A DNA stretch of 63,928 nucleotides, filler included, from Folioceros fuciformis (taxonomy: Eukaryota): assembly GCA_049999805.1 (NCBI GenBank). It is 11 parts of 11 records of this genome, joined end to end, with 100 filler letters (N's around TTAATTAATTAA, not from the genome) between each part and the next. Parts side by side here need not be neighbours in the genome. Positions count along the whole stretch, not along the records: positions 8,907 to 13,039 come from JBNGIO010001133.1; positions 13,140 to 20,656 come from JBNGIO010001134.1; positions 20,757 to 29,790 come from JBNGIO010001135.1; 8 more parts are not named here. One strand, given 5' to 3'. Position 1 is the first letter of the stretch. Each line of letters begins with the position of its first letter. Positions 11,450 to 25,200 of the stretch are shown here, piece by piece. The notes beneath the pieces were generated by a model. That model ran no database searches and was not told the DNA's origin. It saw only the letters and a program-made list of their open reading frames with translations. Both the position numbers and the translations under genes were made by a program.

Positions 11450-12868
11450 TCTCTGCTGCATGAAGGGTAGGTAGTGTCGTATGAGACAATAGCAGAAAAA
11501 ATAGCGGGTGCACCACAGAGTTTTGTGAACTTTGAAATATGTGCTTTTGTTTCACAAGAATGTCATAACCAAGACTTGTTGGGAATCCACTCTTGCAAAA
11601 CGTCTATTTTGAAACCCGCGATGCACTAAATGCCAAGTGTGGCGAGCCCAGTAATAGTATAATTTTTGGAGTGTAAGAAGCAGAGTAATGTGCACACAAA
11701 AACTGGAAAGAAGCGTCAGCGGATAGACGCGGAATGTTTGAGACAACGTTTAATGCTTATGTTACGATAATGTTGATGCAAATGACAAAACCCTTATACA
11801 GGCTTGTGTCATAACCCCTTGTAGAATGTTCTAGAATAGTAGAAATCCATCATTCACAATGTAATAAAACTTTGCTCGTTGTTGTAGTGTGTGGTTCGCA
11901 TCGAGGCCAGCCTAAGCTAGTAAAGAGTTGGCCCTACTAGCCGTGATTGGTCCTAAGGCTGGCCTCAAGGTTAGGTAGTTCCTTCCATGGCCAACTCCGA
12001 GGTCAGGCCTTTTCCTTCATGACTAACCATGAGGCTTATCCTCTCCACCCACGCCCAACCTTGAGCAATTTGAGGTTCGGCCTAGGTTTCGGCAATGACC
12101 AATCTTAGGCAATTTGAGGTGATTTGGGCCTAGTTACCGATTGTGGCCAGCCAAGAGGCCAATTCAAGCCAGGCTTGGTCCTCGATTCTCGTGTAGATGA
12201 GTGGCTAACAAGGTCTGTTGTAAAAGGGGTTTCTCCTCGATTTAAGGGTTTCATGGAAAATGCAAACCTATTTGTTCCCGATTTAGTATCTTCCTTTTTT
12301 TAAGACAAATTTGTAGATGTTTGGCAATGATGACCTTGGGCTTATATGAAAGTAGTTACATGCCATACCAAATGTTTATATAAGGTTGGTATAATTCCAA
12401 ATTGAGTGAATATGAATATGAAGCATGGCAAATGATAAATAAACTTGTCAAAAAAGTTTGTTTTCGGCATGTTTATGTTATCTTGAAATGCTATGGATTT
12501 ATTCTTTTGGATCCCACTCAGATGGGTGAAGTGCATAAGTGCTCGCTTGATATGGAATGTAGTGACTCACCTCTTTCTCTACCTCATTTCTCTCCATCTC
12601 TTCCTCCACCTTGTGAGTTAGAGTATGGAGGTATTTAAGATGTTGTAGCGACCTTAAATGCCATAAGAAATGGCTGACCAAGGGGCTAAGGATTCGAATC
12701 CTAATCCTAGGGTTTCATTGTCTTTTAATCACCCTATGTTTAAGAGCTTTTAAATCAATCTACTTATATGTAGAAGTGCGCATTAGAAGCCAACTTCTTG
12801 CTTGGAGCATGCCCATGGTCACAAGTGTGCACCGTGACCTAGCTGGTATGTGCTTTTGCGTGCCATGA

Positions 12869-13039
12869 TTCGGTTGGTACGCACTTGTGCATGCCATAAA
12901 CTAGCTATCATGCATTTTAAGCGCATATTGGTGAAAATAAACTCCTAAAAAAAAAGTAAAAACACCCAAAGAAATCTTGTTTCGGTTGGTACGCACTTGT
13001 GCATGCCATAAACTAGCTATCATGCATTTTAAGCGCATA
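12869..13039. repeat. Exact 59-bp direct repeat at contig end
   Basis: 12869-12927 is identical to 12981-13039. Confidence 0.85.
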
Positions 13040-13139
13040 NNNNNNNNNNNNNNNNNNNNNNNNNNNNNNNNNNNNNNNNNNNNTTAATTAATTAANNNNN
13101 NNNNNNNNNNNNNNNNNNNNNNNNNNNNNNNNNNNNNNN

Positions 13140-15232
13140 CCCTCATGCTGCCCTCCACTGACCCCCTCATGCTGCCCTCCACTAACCCATTCATGCTGCC
13201 TGCTCGGGAGGTACTGGAAAGAAGCTGGCGCCGGTCCTACAGGTGGAGGGGATCCCCAATAGGGCCCCTCAGAGGCAACCGCACACCTCTCAACAAACTG
13301 GTTTTCTCCTGTGTCCGAGAAAGATCCAGATGGAAGTCCTGAACCTGGTATCGATCTGGAAGCCACAGGATGAACTCCATCACCAAAGGAAGGAGAGACT
13401 CCCGCCCTGTATCCGTCAGCAGCAACAGCTGATCCTGCACTCCACGGCCTTGCACCATCGCCACTCCCTGGCCTTCCACCACCACCACTCCCTGGCCTTC
13501 CACCACCGGCACTCCCTGGTCTGGGGCTGGGAGCCCTGGTCCTGTGCACCTCCCCACTAGAATCTGACCCGTAATACTCTTTACCCGCCCGAGAGCTGCT
13601 GCCATGGTCGCTGGACGAGGAACTTCTCCTCCTATGCTGGTGCTGGTGCTGGTGCTTGTCAAAAACTCCCACACCAGCAAACGGCACATTCACACCGGTA
13701 GCCTCCCATACTGGATACGCATCCTCACCCACCGGATAGGCGTCCTCACCCACCGGATAGGCGCCCTCACCCACTGGATAGGCGTTCTCACCCACTGGAT
13801 AGGCGCCCGCACCCACTGGATAGGCGTCCTCGGCCACAGGATACGCATCCTCAGCCACTGGATACGCATCCACCCCTGCTTCAAAATCTCCACTCTGCTC
13901 CGCATATCCAATCCCCGCTGGATCCCTTTCCCCGATTCCGGCACCAGCATACTCAGGTCCATACCCGTACCCACCTCCATCCCCACGCTCAAACCCATTC
14001 CCACCATTCCCGTACCCATTCCCATCATTCCCGTACCCATTCCCACCATTCCCGTACCCATTCCCACCATTCCCGTACCCATTCCCACCATTCCCGTAGC
14101 CATTCCCACCATTCTCGTACCCATTCCCACCATTCCCACTATTCCCACCATTCCCACCATTCCCACCATTCCCATCCCCATTCCCTCCTTGTCCCACGTG
14201 CCGCGACCCACCTCCTAGCCCAGGTTCCTGAGGAGGAACATGGGCACCCAGCTTCTGCAAAACCCTGTGCACATGCAGAGCCGCCAACTCTGGGGAGGGA
14301 GCCAATGGATGCCCCCTCTGATGCTCATGGCACCAGCGGGCGATATCCTGGGCCACCCCGATGTTGGGGATGCAAACGCTGCTCTCCATGGGGATGTTCT
14401 TCCTGAGGCAGAAGCGCTGGCCCGCCTCGAACCAGGCCTCGAAGCAGCGCTTCTCGTAGGCGACCCCAGAGGACACCGTCACCGGCTCCGCCATGAGGCC
14501 CATCGAGATGGGGCACGTCAATTCCGTGGGCGGAACAGCATCCTCCGACCCAGGTGCAAACCCGTCGGGCGCAATCACATCCCCCGGCCCCATGTTCCCC
14601 CCTTGAACCTGGACCTGGCCCCGTCCACCATACCCACCCGCCGCAGCCGGCTTCTCGGTCCCTGGGTAATCCGATTCCACCTTGCTCCCCTTCTTCCTGA
14701 ACAAATTCCTGAGCCTGAATCTCTCCTTGGCAGGAGCAGCAGCAGCACCACCCCCACCACCAACAGCAGGTGCACGTGCAGGTGCAGCCGGAATCGGAGC
14801 GTGCAAAGGTGAAACCGGAACAGGAGCTCCTGGAGGGAACGATGCAGCTGGAGCACGCGATGGAGCTGGACCATGCGATGGAGCTGGAGCATGCGACGGA
14901 GCTGGAGCATGCGATGGAGCTGGAGCCGGAGCTGGAGTATAGGGGGGTTGAGGATGGGGAGCTGCACTCGGGGCTGGAGTGTAAGCGGGGCGAGGAAGGG
15001 GAGCTGCACCCGGAGCTGGAGTGTAAGCGGGGCGAGGAAGGGGAGCTGTACCTGGAGCTGGACTGTATGCGGGGCGAGGAAGGGGAGCTGCACCTGGAGC
15101 TGGAGCGTGATGGGGATCAAAGCCGTGCATGCCAGGGGCGGGAGGCCAGGCTCCTACTGCCCCCTCGTTCCCATAGGAATCGGCAGGCCTGGGGGCAGGC
15201 GCGCCCAAGTTGAGATTCCTGAAGGCGCCCAT
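13140..15232 (-). CDS. Plant U-box E3 ligase with long low-complexity repeats (3' end lost at contig edge)
   Basis: U-box at ~14320-14536: VPPTELTCPISMGLMAEPVTVSSGVAYEKRCFEAWF...CIPNIGVAQDIARWC. Flanked by Pro-rich, NGGNGYG and DAYPVGE repeats; frame is open up to the gap. Confidence 0.85.
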
Positions 15233-16887
15233 GGCCGCCTGCTTCTACTGCCCTGCGCTGCCGCCTACTACCCGATAGGCGCACATCCCGCTGTCTGCCG
15301 CACCGCCCACAGGAACCCACAACCTGAACAGATGGAGAGACGGAGCCTTGGCCCCATCGGGGGATAAAAAGCCCGGAAAGGCAGACGCAAGAAGTTTGCG
15401 AATGCGCGTGTCCGTGTCCCTGACCCGCACGGCAGTCACCCATGGTCAAGGTAGAAAGAGAGAAAGTCGCGTTGATTCCTCCGGAGTCGCGGACTCCTCC
15501 TCCTTCCTTCCCAGCATCCGGGAAGCGCAGACTAAAAGCAAATCAGCAGGGCCCGCGCCCACCTTCCCTCACACCCAGCCAAAGCAGACGGAGCCCTTGC
15601 GTCTTCGACGCATCCCGTGCCAGGCTGCCATTGCGCAACTGGAGGGAGGTGCGTCCATTTCTCATATCTTCTGCAGGCATGCCGCACTTCTGGTGGGGCC
15701 GACGACTCTCCCTAAATAGAACCCACATCGCCTCCTCTCCTTGGACCTCATCATTCTAGGGTAGATTCCCCTGCTCTTTGCATTGGTGCCCAGAGGTGGA
15801 CCTCCCCTCCGCCTCCACCACTCCATCTTCGCCGCGCCTTCCTCCATGCCTCTTCAACAAGGCTGCTGGCCAAGAAGCCGCGCCTGTGCCAGACTCTGCT
15901 CTGCTCTGCTGTGCTCCGCTTGCTACCAGGCCCCCTTTGCCTCGGATTTGTCCCACCACGAGCTCGCTTGATGCATCCCGATTCCCCTTTCAGTTGTGGG
16001 CGACCGGACACTCCACATGGCCCTTTCACGCGCCGCACGTTCGCCCTCACCACCCTTTGTCTGCACATTCGTTTCCACCTACAGTACTGTACATACCACT
16101 TACAACAGCATGCTCATCCACACATCCCACATGGTGCCGTATGTACTTATGTATGTATGTCATGAGTCTTCAGTCTTGTGATGTACATTAAAACTCATAA
16201 TAATTTATTACTATAAACTAACCTACTTTGCGCTACGTTAAAGAGATTATTAGTGGAGTGAGCTAAGCTGAGCTTAACTTCAATTTAACCTTCCTGTTTC
16301 TGCACTTTGAGATTGTATGTTCATGAACCATGTTCATGCTACAAAGCCCATGACTCTTAGAAGAACTTTTTTTAGTTCTATCTACTTTTTAAAAAATTTA
16401 AAAAAATAAAAAGAATTGTTCAAGTAAAAGATAGTTCAAGGTTTTAATTTGATGAAATAAATACGGATTTCTTGCAAAAACATTCAAGAAAATAAAAGTA
16501 AATAACATAACATGATCATTTTTCTTGGCATGCAACAAAATGTGGAAAACAGAACTGTTATTGGCTAGAATGAAGTAGCAACACGTTATGCATTAAGAGA
16601 AGCAAGAAGAGTTGATTTGGTTGAACTTGTGAGAGCTACATTTCTATGTGGAAGGATGAATGGAACTCAAAGTTCAGCTATGTTGAGACACAATAAGTTG
16701 TTGGGATAACTTCATCGCTGTCTAATGCTATGTTATTTGTGAGGCTGAGAAATTTGATGGATGATCAACAACACAAACTTTAGCAACATTCAACATCGAA
16801 AAGTTTAGCAGCAAGCAACATTTTATACTGTAGCTTATCGGCTTCTTATTGACTTTGATTGTCTTGGTCTTTGGATGTATGGTGAAA

Positions 16888-19800
16888 ATGGCATCCATGA
16901 GCAAATCCATCACATCGACTCGATATCAAGGGGGATTGTCCTACACAGTCTTCAGTGCACAGGTAAATTCTTCACAATTTGTTACACAAACACCCAACAA
17001 ACATCTTGTTGTTTTTGTTATAACTAGTGCAAACTGGGTTATGTGCTTCCTCAAATTCAGGGTAGCAATCCTATTGGAAATTGCAAGGTTACCGGCAAGG
17101 GTGTACAAAAGGTAAGCCATTCAACCACTTGTGCTTAGTTTTCTCTTCTACATAGACAAATTGAAGCCTAAGGTTCCTCTAAACTATGATGTCATAGGAG
17201 TTGAGGGTGACTGACTATAGGTTCTTTATTGAAGGACCATATCTCCTTGCATTGTACTGACCTCAAGGCAATAGTGTTACACTATTTCTCTCCTAGATGG
17301 GTCGTCTTTAACTTTAACTGTGCATGAAAGAACTTCTATCATTCTGTAGTATGGAATACTAAGCATGGTTTTGAATTCTGTCCTTGATTTAGGTGTATGA
17401 AAAAACCGTCAAGGGTTACACATATAGTTGCACCGGAGGACCATCTTCAAAACTTCAGATTCCAAAAGATTATATAAAAGCTGGTACAAGCATGTTCTTG
17501 TTTTCTAACTTGGTTGATTATATTTTGGTTGTAGAACTCCATGCATTCCACATCTTGTTTGGGCTTAAGTTATATGCAAATATCAGGATTACAATTGTTG
17601 CAACCTTTTCTAGTATTGCAAATAATTGTACCGCAAGGACAACACTTTTCTTTTGAACTGAGGTAATTTGAGGCCAATTTGAGATTGGCCTTCTTGATTA
17701 ATGTGTAAATATGTACTGCAAAATAAGTTATAAAAATGGATTCAGAGTGAGTGATACCACAAATACAAGAAGGAAGATGTATTTTTCTACATCATTCAGT
17801 GAGATCAAGAGTACTCCTCTTCATTGCCAAATACCTATCTCCATGGTGAGTATTTGGTCGGATGAAGTAATTTGGATGAGAATTATGGGTTTTTAATTAT
17901 CTAAATACTTGTATCTTTTTTAATATCAAAATAAATATATATTTTTTCTCATTGTCAGATCCAACGAAACAAATGGCTTAATTTGGTGTTTGATGTTGCT
18001 GATCTATTTCATCATTGCTTTCGAGTTATGAGCTTTAGGTATAAATTTTTCGCTTTGCTCATTTCAAATGTTTCCCTTCTTGTATCCATATGAAGTGCTT
18101 GCTTGAAAGAACTTGGAGATAAGCAAGTTTTGTGTGCTCACAGGTCAATAGATTCTATTGTTCTAGGTCCAGTTTGTAAGCTGAGAAAGATATTTACAAT
18201 GCGGAGTCGTCTTCATGAGTGTGAAGAAAATGCTGAAAAAGAGGGCGAAGAGAGCCTACCATCGGAACATGCTTTTACTGTTGGTGTAGACTCTTGCAAC
18301 CAGGTGATTGATGTAGGCACGCTTCTAAGCACTCAAGGGTTGCTTGCATCAATTGAGGGTAAGTAGCTTGTGTTGTGGGGTGTTCAACTTTCCTCTTTGA
18401 ATATGAATTTCACTTAGATGCTTATGTATAGGAATGAATGGGATCCCTGACTTTGCAAATCGAAGGCAAATGAACAAGATGGAGAATCCAAGACCTATTA
18501 ATATAGCTTTTGGGTCTCGTATGCCGCTGGCGATATCCACCGTGCAAATAAATACAGAATTCCCACATGAGAATGGTACTTATCAGAATCGTCAAGATCT
18601 TGTGTTTGGTAAGATTCATGGTGACAGGGGGGTTAACAATAGAGAAGCAAAAAATCAAAGGATTGTGAAACCAAAAGTCCCAGCTACACCTATTGTTGCG
18701 CTTGATCAAAAGCATATACAGCCATTAGCAGATTTGAAAGCTCTAGTGGGATCAAAGAGGCAAAAACTATTAACATCTAACACTCATAATCTTCTGACAT
18801 CTGAGCTTAAAAGGTTGGATCCTTATCAAATAGCTATGCCTTCTATTCGGGAAAATGATCAACAAATCCAGCTTGAAGTAGAGTGTCAAGATGAACCAGG
18901 AAATGAACTAGATAGTCACCCTCTTATGGGCTACAAGGATGAGCCTGGTTCCATGATCGTCCAGACAGAAAGTGCTTTGATTGATGAGCATGTTTTGGCT
19001 GCGGAAAATAAGCAAACTACATCAAAATGGAAAAAGTTCAACAAGAAGAAAGATGAGATAAAGAGAGATGCTTCCAAGCAAACCAAAAGGACTACCCAAC
19101 TTGATGTTTCAAAGGTGAAGGAATATAAGCATTCGAGATATAAGGACTCGCCTCCTGAGAGCCCTCCTTGTGGTTGGGATAGATGTCTTGCACAAGATAC
19201 TGAATCAAGTGAAAAAGTTTTTCCCCAAAGTAGCTGTAGATCACTAAACAAAGAAAGATCTTCCTCGAGACTGTATACCCCAAGCAACTATACTAGCAAT
19301 AAAGGATACTCCCTCTCACAAAGTGATCCTATAGGTGATGTAGACATCCAGAAGAACAATGAGATGTTCAATAGAGTGATTTCAAGCTTCAGCCACACTC
19401 ATGGGAATGAGAAAGACAACCTCTACATGACAGAGAAGATGGTTGAGACTTTATTTGAAGATCACCATGCAAACACAACAATATCAGAAGCATGTGTTCC
19501 TTGTGACAGTTCCGGTCTTTATACAAGTAGCTATAGCGTACCTATTCCCAAATCAATTGCAAGGCTAGACGAAGATAATAAGGAAACCATCAGATGCGAC
19601 CTTGCCTCTATTCTTTTCAAAGATGAACAAGACTCCCCATCCATAGCCAATAGTTCACAACTTGACTTGAATGGCTTCAAATGTTATGACTTGCATGGCA
19701 AAGAGCTAAATGCAAGTCACATGAAGACCAGTTTTGTGGCTTCAAGTGATATGGGGGCACAAAGCTGGTCTTCAAGTTGTTCCACTATGTTACAAGGTGA

Positions 19801-20656
19801 GCTAATGAATGATCTTCAAGGTTTCGACGTAGATGTCTCTTCCGATTTTACATCTTATATCCACTCAGGGAGAAAAGATGGACCACTGTCCACCTGCATT
19901 CAACAACATGCTTACACATCCTCACTCCCCTTAATTAATGGTAAACTATGTTTTACAAGATTTTGTACAACTGAATTGTATGACAAGTGAGCCAAAATTC
20001 TTAAGCTCGTACATGCCTTTTAATACAAACAGAACTACCAAATGAAGAGAGATTTGAGAAAGAAGTTCAACCTTCATACAACATTGAGAAAGAGTTGTAT
20101 TCCACTTATGTTGATCTTTCAGAAAGTAATGAGCAAGTATGGATTATCCATGAAGAGGTACCTTAAGTTCTATCAAACATTATTCCAATTGTAAGGAAAG
20201 TTTATGAATAATTACAAACATGAATAATTTACTTTAATAATATATTTTTTATTAATAAAACTATATTTTATTTTATTTCAATCCTAAAAATTAAATCTTA
20301 AGAAATTATCTCATTTTGCAGAAGGTAGGAATTGATGATACTCAATATTTGCGAGAGGAGGCTAAACTTGATACTGCAAATGATTATATCCCTTCAAATG
20401 AATATTTACTTGAACCAACTGTCAAATCTAATAAGTATGTATTTAATTAAAATTTTAAAATATTTAAATTTTTTAAATTTTTGAATTTTATTAGAAATAT
20501 TCAATAACATGTCTAAAAACTTGATGTCATTTAATCATAAAAAAATCATTTTTTTCAGAATTAAATCAGAAAAACTTCCACCTGAGCTAGATGCAACTTC
20601 ATGCAAATCTTCACTGTCCACCTTGTGGCGATCATATAACTCCACCATGAAAGAAC
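16888..20656 (+). CDS. CFAP20DC: CFAP20-domain-containing ciliary protein (C3orf67/CFAP20DC-like), multi-exon, 3' partial
   Basis: Exons 16888-16962, 17061-17111, 17393-17483, 17587-17662, 17746-17845, 17959-18038, 18144-~18300 splice to YQGGLSYTVFSAQGSNP...KLQIPKD...LLQPFLVLQIIVPQGQHFSFEL...RRKMYFSTSFSEIKSTPLHCQIP...KWLNLVFD...SIDSIVLGPVCKLRKIFTMR. A long disordered exon (~18433-19940) and further small exons follow. Confidence 0.85.
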
Positions 20657-20960
20657 NNNNNNNNNNNNNNNNNNNNNNNNNNNNNNNNNNNNNNNNNNNN
20701 TTAATTAATTAANNNNNNNNNNNNNNNNNNNNNNNNNNNNNNNNNNNNNNNNNNNNCGGGGCATCCATCAACCCTGCCACATTCCCTTGTATAGTCCCCT
20801 ATCCAGGTCAGTCCTCTGGCAACCTTGACAGCAATGTCACTCCCCGGCAACGGCGCCAAAATGTGGAGTGATTTCTTGCACACCCAAGAACCACCAAGGG
20901 GCCACACTTCCCCTTATTATCGTTGCAGTCTTATGATTCGCTCCCAAGGGAGTGAATTAA

Positions 20961-22170
20961 TGTCAAGGTTACCTACATCTCCCTAATCTCACCCTATCTA
21001 TCAGCATATACCAAGTGTTACAGCAATAGGTCAGAATTCTCGGTCCTGTCTTCGGCTCCTACCACAACACCAACCTCAGCCTCAACAAAATGAGAACTCC
21101 AGCATTGTCTTCAGCCCTCGTTTCCAGCTCCAAGTATCAATCACTTCAGTGCTAAGAGGAGGCTCCAGCCCCAAGTCTGGCCTCCAACTCTTAGCACCTA
21201 GTGCTAGCTACCTCCGCAGCTGAACGAGAACCTCAACTTCAGCTAGCTCCTCACTCCAGCTTCAACACTTCATTCCACCACTTCAGCACTTCACCCCAGC
21301 ATTTCAGTCCTTCACTTCAGCACTTCACTTCACCCTACAGCCCCTCACTTCAGCTCAACTCCTCACTTCAACACTTCCACTTCCAAAATCTGCAACTCAA
21401 CCCTTCTCTCCTGCAATTTGGAACACAACAGCCTTCCCTCTTGTAGCCTTCAAGGCAGAGGCGAGGCCTAGGGCTGGGTAGCCTCCTTGGCTCACGGCCC
21501 TGCAACCTCACCTCAGCCAGCATGCAAGGTGGTCAGCCATTGCGGATCCGGCCACACGATTCTTGGCAGTCTTGGGATCCTCCACGTTCCCCTAGTGGCA
21601 AGGAAAATCAAGACCTTGGTTTAGTCTCAACCAGCTCAGCGCCCTGAGCCAGGAATTCTGCACCCAAGGTCCAGGGAAATCGCACCGTAGACAGCCCTCT
21701 CCTCAATGGCAGGTCTAGCCTCTTATACTACCTTGGCCCAAACCTTCATCTCTATCTATTAGGGTTAGCCTCAGTCAACCACCCAGCAATCTCTCTTTGA
21801 CCTAAGCCACCCCTAATTCTGACTTAAACCTAACTCTGACCTAACCCTAACTTTGACCCAAACCTAGTTATGACCTAATAGGGGTTGTGTCCCATGGACA
21901 CCACTGGGTGCCCTTACCAAAATTGACCAACCTCTCAAGACTACCAAAATGGTCAGTGCCTCTCAACACTCTCCCTCCTCTCTCAAATCATTCCATCCCT
22001 TCTCTCAGATCATTCCAGCAACCCTTCAAAGACGCGTCTCGCCTCACCATTAATCTAGCTACTAATCTAACCTAATCTTTTAACCATTTCACCACAGGGT
22101 TTACTTAGAGATTCCCAAAAAGAGAAATCCTACCATTTTCCAAGGACCTATTCAGCATGTGGAGTCCACA
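20961..22170 (-). mobile_element. LTR of a Gypsy-type retrotransposon (~1.2 kb)
   Basis: Minus strand begins TGTGG after PPT-like GAGAGGGGGTA (22171-22181) and ends TGACA at 20961, followed by a degenerate PBS. Homologous to 62078-63120. Confidence 0.7.
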
Positions 22171-22207
22171 TACCCCCTCTCATAGTTCTTCAAAGTGTCG
22201 ATACCCA

Positions 22208-25200
22208 TTAGCGGGACTTGCTTGAGAGCTTCCGGACAGTAGATGGCTTGGGTAACCTAGCACCCGACACAGCTTTGGGCCACGCTAGCTGATCCTTTGG
22301 TTTGCATTCAAGGGACAATCTTTGCAGCCTTTTCGACTTACGAACAACGGGAGTGTTCCTACTGCCCAGACTACCTGTGCGCCCCTCAACTTCCCCGGCT
22401 ACCAGATCTGAGGACAGGAACAAGACTTTTGCCCAAGGAATGTCCAAGGACCACTTCCACTCTGGGATAAGAGGCATACTGGGCCCATAGCCTTGTTTTA
22501 GCCAGATGTCAGCAAAAAGTTGACCATCCTTCTGGTAAATTCCACTGAAGAATTCCACCTCCAGTCCACTCCTGCCAACAAGAACCCCTCCGGCAGTCAG
22601 GAAGTCGAAGATCCTTTTTTGCCCAACATGCAACTGGTGCATTATAATGGTAAGGGGAATCTGCTCCCCCCGCCGCCTATCATAACCAAAAAGGACTAAA
22701 AGTCTTGCACCTTTCTCATAACCGTCAGGTTGATCACCCAATGTCTGCCTTTCCTCCTTGTTAAACCTACCGTCTTCCTGAACTCCTGACCGCTTAGCAG
22801 GCAGGAACCCTCCGGCCCCGGGGGAGGATACTCCACTTGCACCTCCTTAACCCGTATAGGATCCTTTTCCATAGAAGTTAAAGGGGATGTGGTACCTTCG
22901 TCCCCGGAGAAGACAACTTGCACTTCATGCCAGACAGTCTCAAAATCCTCATCGTCCACAGCACTGGGAGATAAGAATATCTCATCCTCGGATGCATAAA
23001 CCGCGTTATCTCTCATAGTGTGACTACCCCATTTTGAGGGGCTTGCACAGTCCACCAGTTTTGAACCGAGACCCTCAGATTCGGTTCCCTCCCTTCCCAA
23101 ATCTAGTTCCGCTCCAAATCTGCGTTGACTGCTCATTACCACAATTTCGTTCACCTCACCAGCATTGATCCTCCCCTGAAGTCTGTGGCCTCCCTTAGGC
23201 ACTGCCATCACCTTAGACTTTTTCCCTTCCAGGGAAGTGATGTCCAAGGCCATGCGCTGAACAGCTTTGTTCAACGCCTTCCTTGCTTTGACCATCGCAA
23301 TCTGGTCCTGGTGCTTAAGTCCTGATGACGAGTCTTCAGAAACTCGAGACCTTTTTCCCTACGACACCCTCCAAGGTCCTCCGTTTGCCTATGGTTAAGC
23401 CAGAAGTAGCCATCAAGTTCCAGACAATAGAGCTAGCAGCCGATACTACTAGACCTGACTCAACTATTCCAGCAGGCCTGAGGCCCCTTCCAAGGCCTGA
23501 GGACTGATGGCTCGTAGCAGGCAGGGTGCGGGATGTAAGGACCCCCCGAGAAGAGGTGAGGAACTACGGCCCATGAGTCTCCTGGAAAGACTCCCTTCCC
23601 TCCTCTTCGTCAGCTGCTGGCGAGGAAGGGACAAAACTTGACCCCTGGACCAAGCCCGCAACAGCCATCCCTCCTCGAAGCTTTGCCTCAGAGGTTACAG
23701 AAGCCGCCAGTTGCTCATAAGCGAAGACCTCCACTTGGTGACCCAGAAGTGCATCCCCAACTCGATCTCGAGGAATGAAGCTTACCGAGGTCTCTGAGGC
23801 AAACGCCAGTTGTCGTCCACCTGGAGCGGGCACCGAAACACCCCCCCCTTTACCAGAGTTAGGGTACTCTTCCGGTGGCCTCTCCCAACCTTCTACCTCC
23901 TCCCCTTCGCCATTCTCCAATACCCAGGAACCCACGTGCTGAGGTTCCTTATTCTGAGCCACAACATGCCCCTAGGGCGGAGCTCCCGTCTTGTTCCCCT
24001 CATCCGATGACACGTAGCTGCCTTTAGCCTGGACATCCCACCTTTCAGCTGCTGGATCCCCCCCGACAATTTATAGATTTCCTGCCCTTCCCCACAGAAC
24101 CGGCTGGGAGCCCCTCTGCAGAAATCTCCTCTGGTCTGGCCACACCAGCCTTCCGAAGAGCTGATAGGAAAGTTGTTTGCATGCAGGTAGCAGCCATCCC
24201 TGCCGTCGAAGAATCTTTCCCCTTTTGGACAGACACTACCTGAACACTCCCATCGCTGAGAGTTGGCTGCATACACCTCTCCCAAGGCTAACGAGTGGTA
24301 ACTTGGCTCTTTCGCCTCCAAATCATTGTCCTCCCACACCATCTTTGTAGGAGGTGCAAGCAACACTGCTGCTCCGTTCCCTTCTCCTGTTCCTGTAGGA
24401 GACTCACTGGCTCGTGTCTGACCACACTCTTTGCCTAGGACCCCGAGAGGGGCTTGTTGAGACCCCCTACTTGACGGTTTCTCCAGACCATTCTTCCCAG
24501 CCTCACAGTTGGAAACCAGCACCGGAAGCTCCTTGATGGCTCCTCCCTCGTCTCTCGTTATTGGCAGGGATAGGGTCCCTGTATTTGCAACCAAAAAGCC
24601 AGTGAGAGGATCCGTTGGGGCCATGGCCAAGGAATCCGCCCAAGCCAAAAAAGTCAGCTTTGCTTTCTGCACCCAGGGGCTCCCTAGAAAACCAGTCTTG
24701 CACCTCCCTTGACACAGCTAGCCTTTTGTCCGACTCAGGATTCCCCACTGCTCCCAGCAAATCTCCAAAGACACTGTCCATCGCCTCCCTGGCCCTTACC
24801 GGCTCTCCGTCCAATTCAAGCCTCTCCTTTGCACCCAACAACTCCCCTAGGGCACCGACCTGCATCACGCTTGTCCTGGGAAGCCTATCGACTGAAAAAC
24901 TCTGATACTCTCCGTATTTGGACAAGGATGCTGGCTGGTAACGCTTCACAGCCAGTGTCTAGGCCAAGGAATTTTCTTGAGACAAACATCCTGACGTGTT
25001 CCCCATACCCAATGACGGCCTACTGTTTCGTGTTGGGACCTCCCATCCTTGAGCAGTGGGAGCAAACCAAGCACCGTCTTCTTCTTGCCTACCTGTCTAC
25101 TCAAACCCACCTTTAACAAGGCCACTGACTTCTCCACTCCACTAGCTTGATCCGAAATCACCTCCCTAGGGGCTGGACCAAGAACTGTCTTCAGACAGAC

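Noticed and set aside
13604-15367. Several long alternative-frame ORFs (IPT, GMV and LEH repeats)
   Set aside because: By-products of the GC-rich repeats in the U-box gene.
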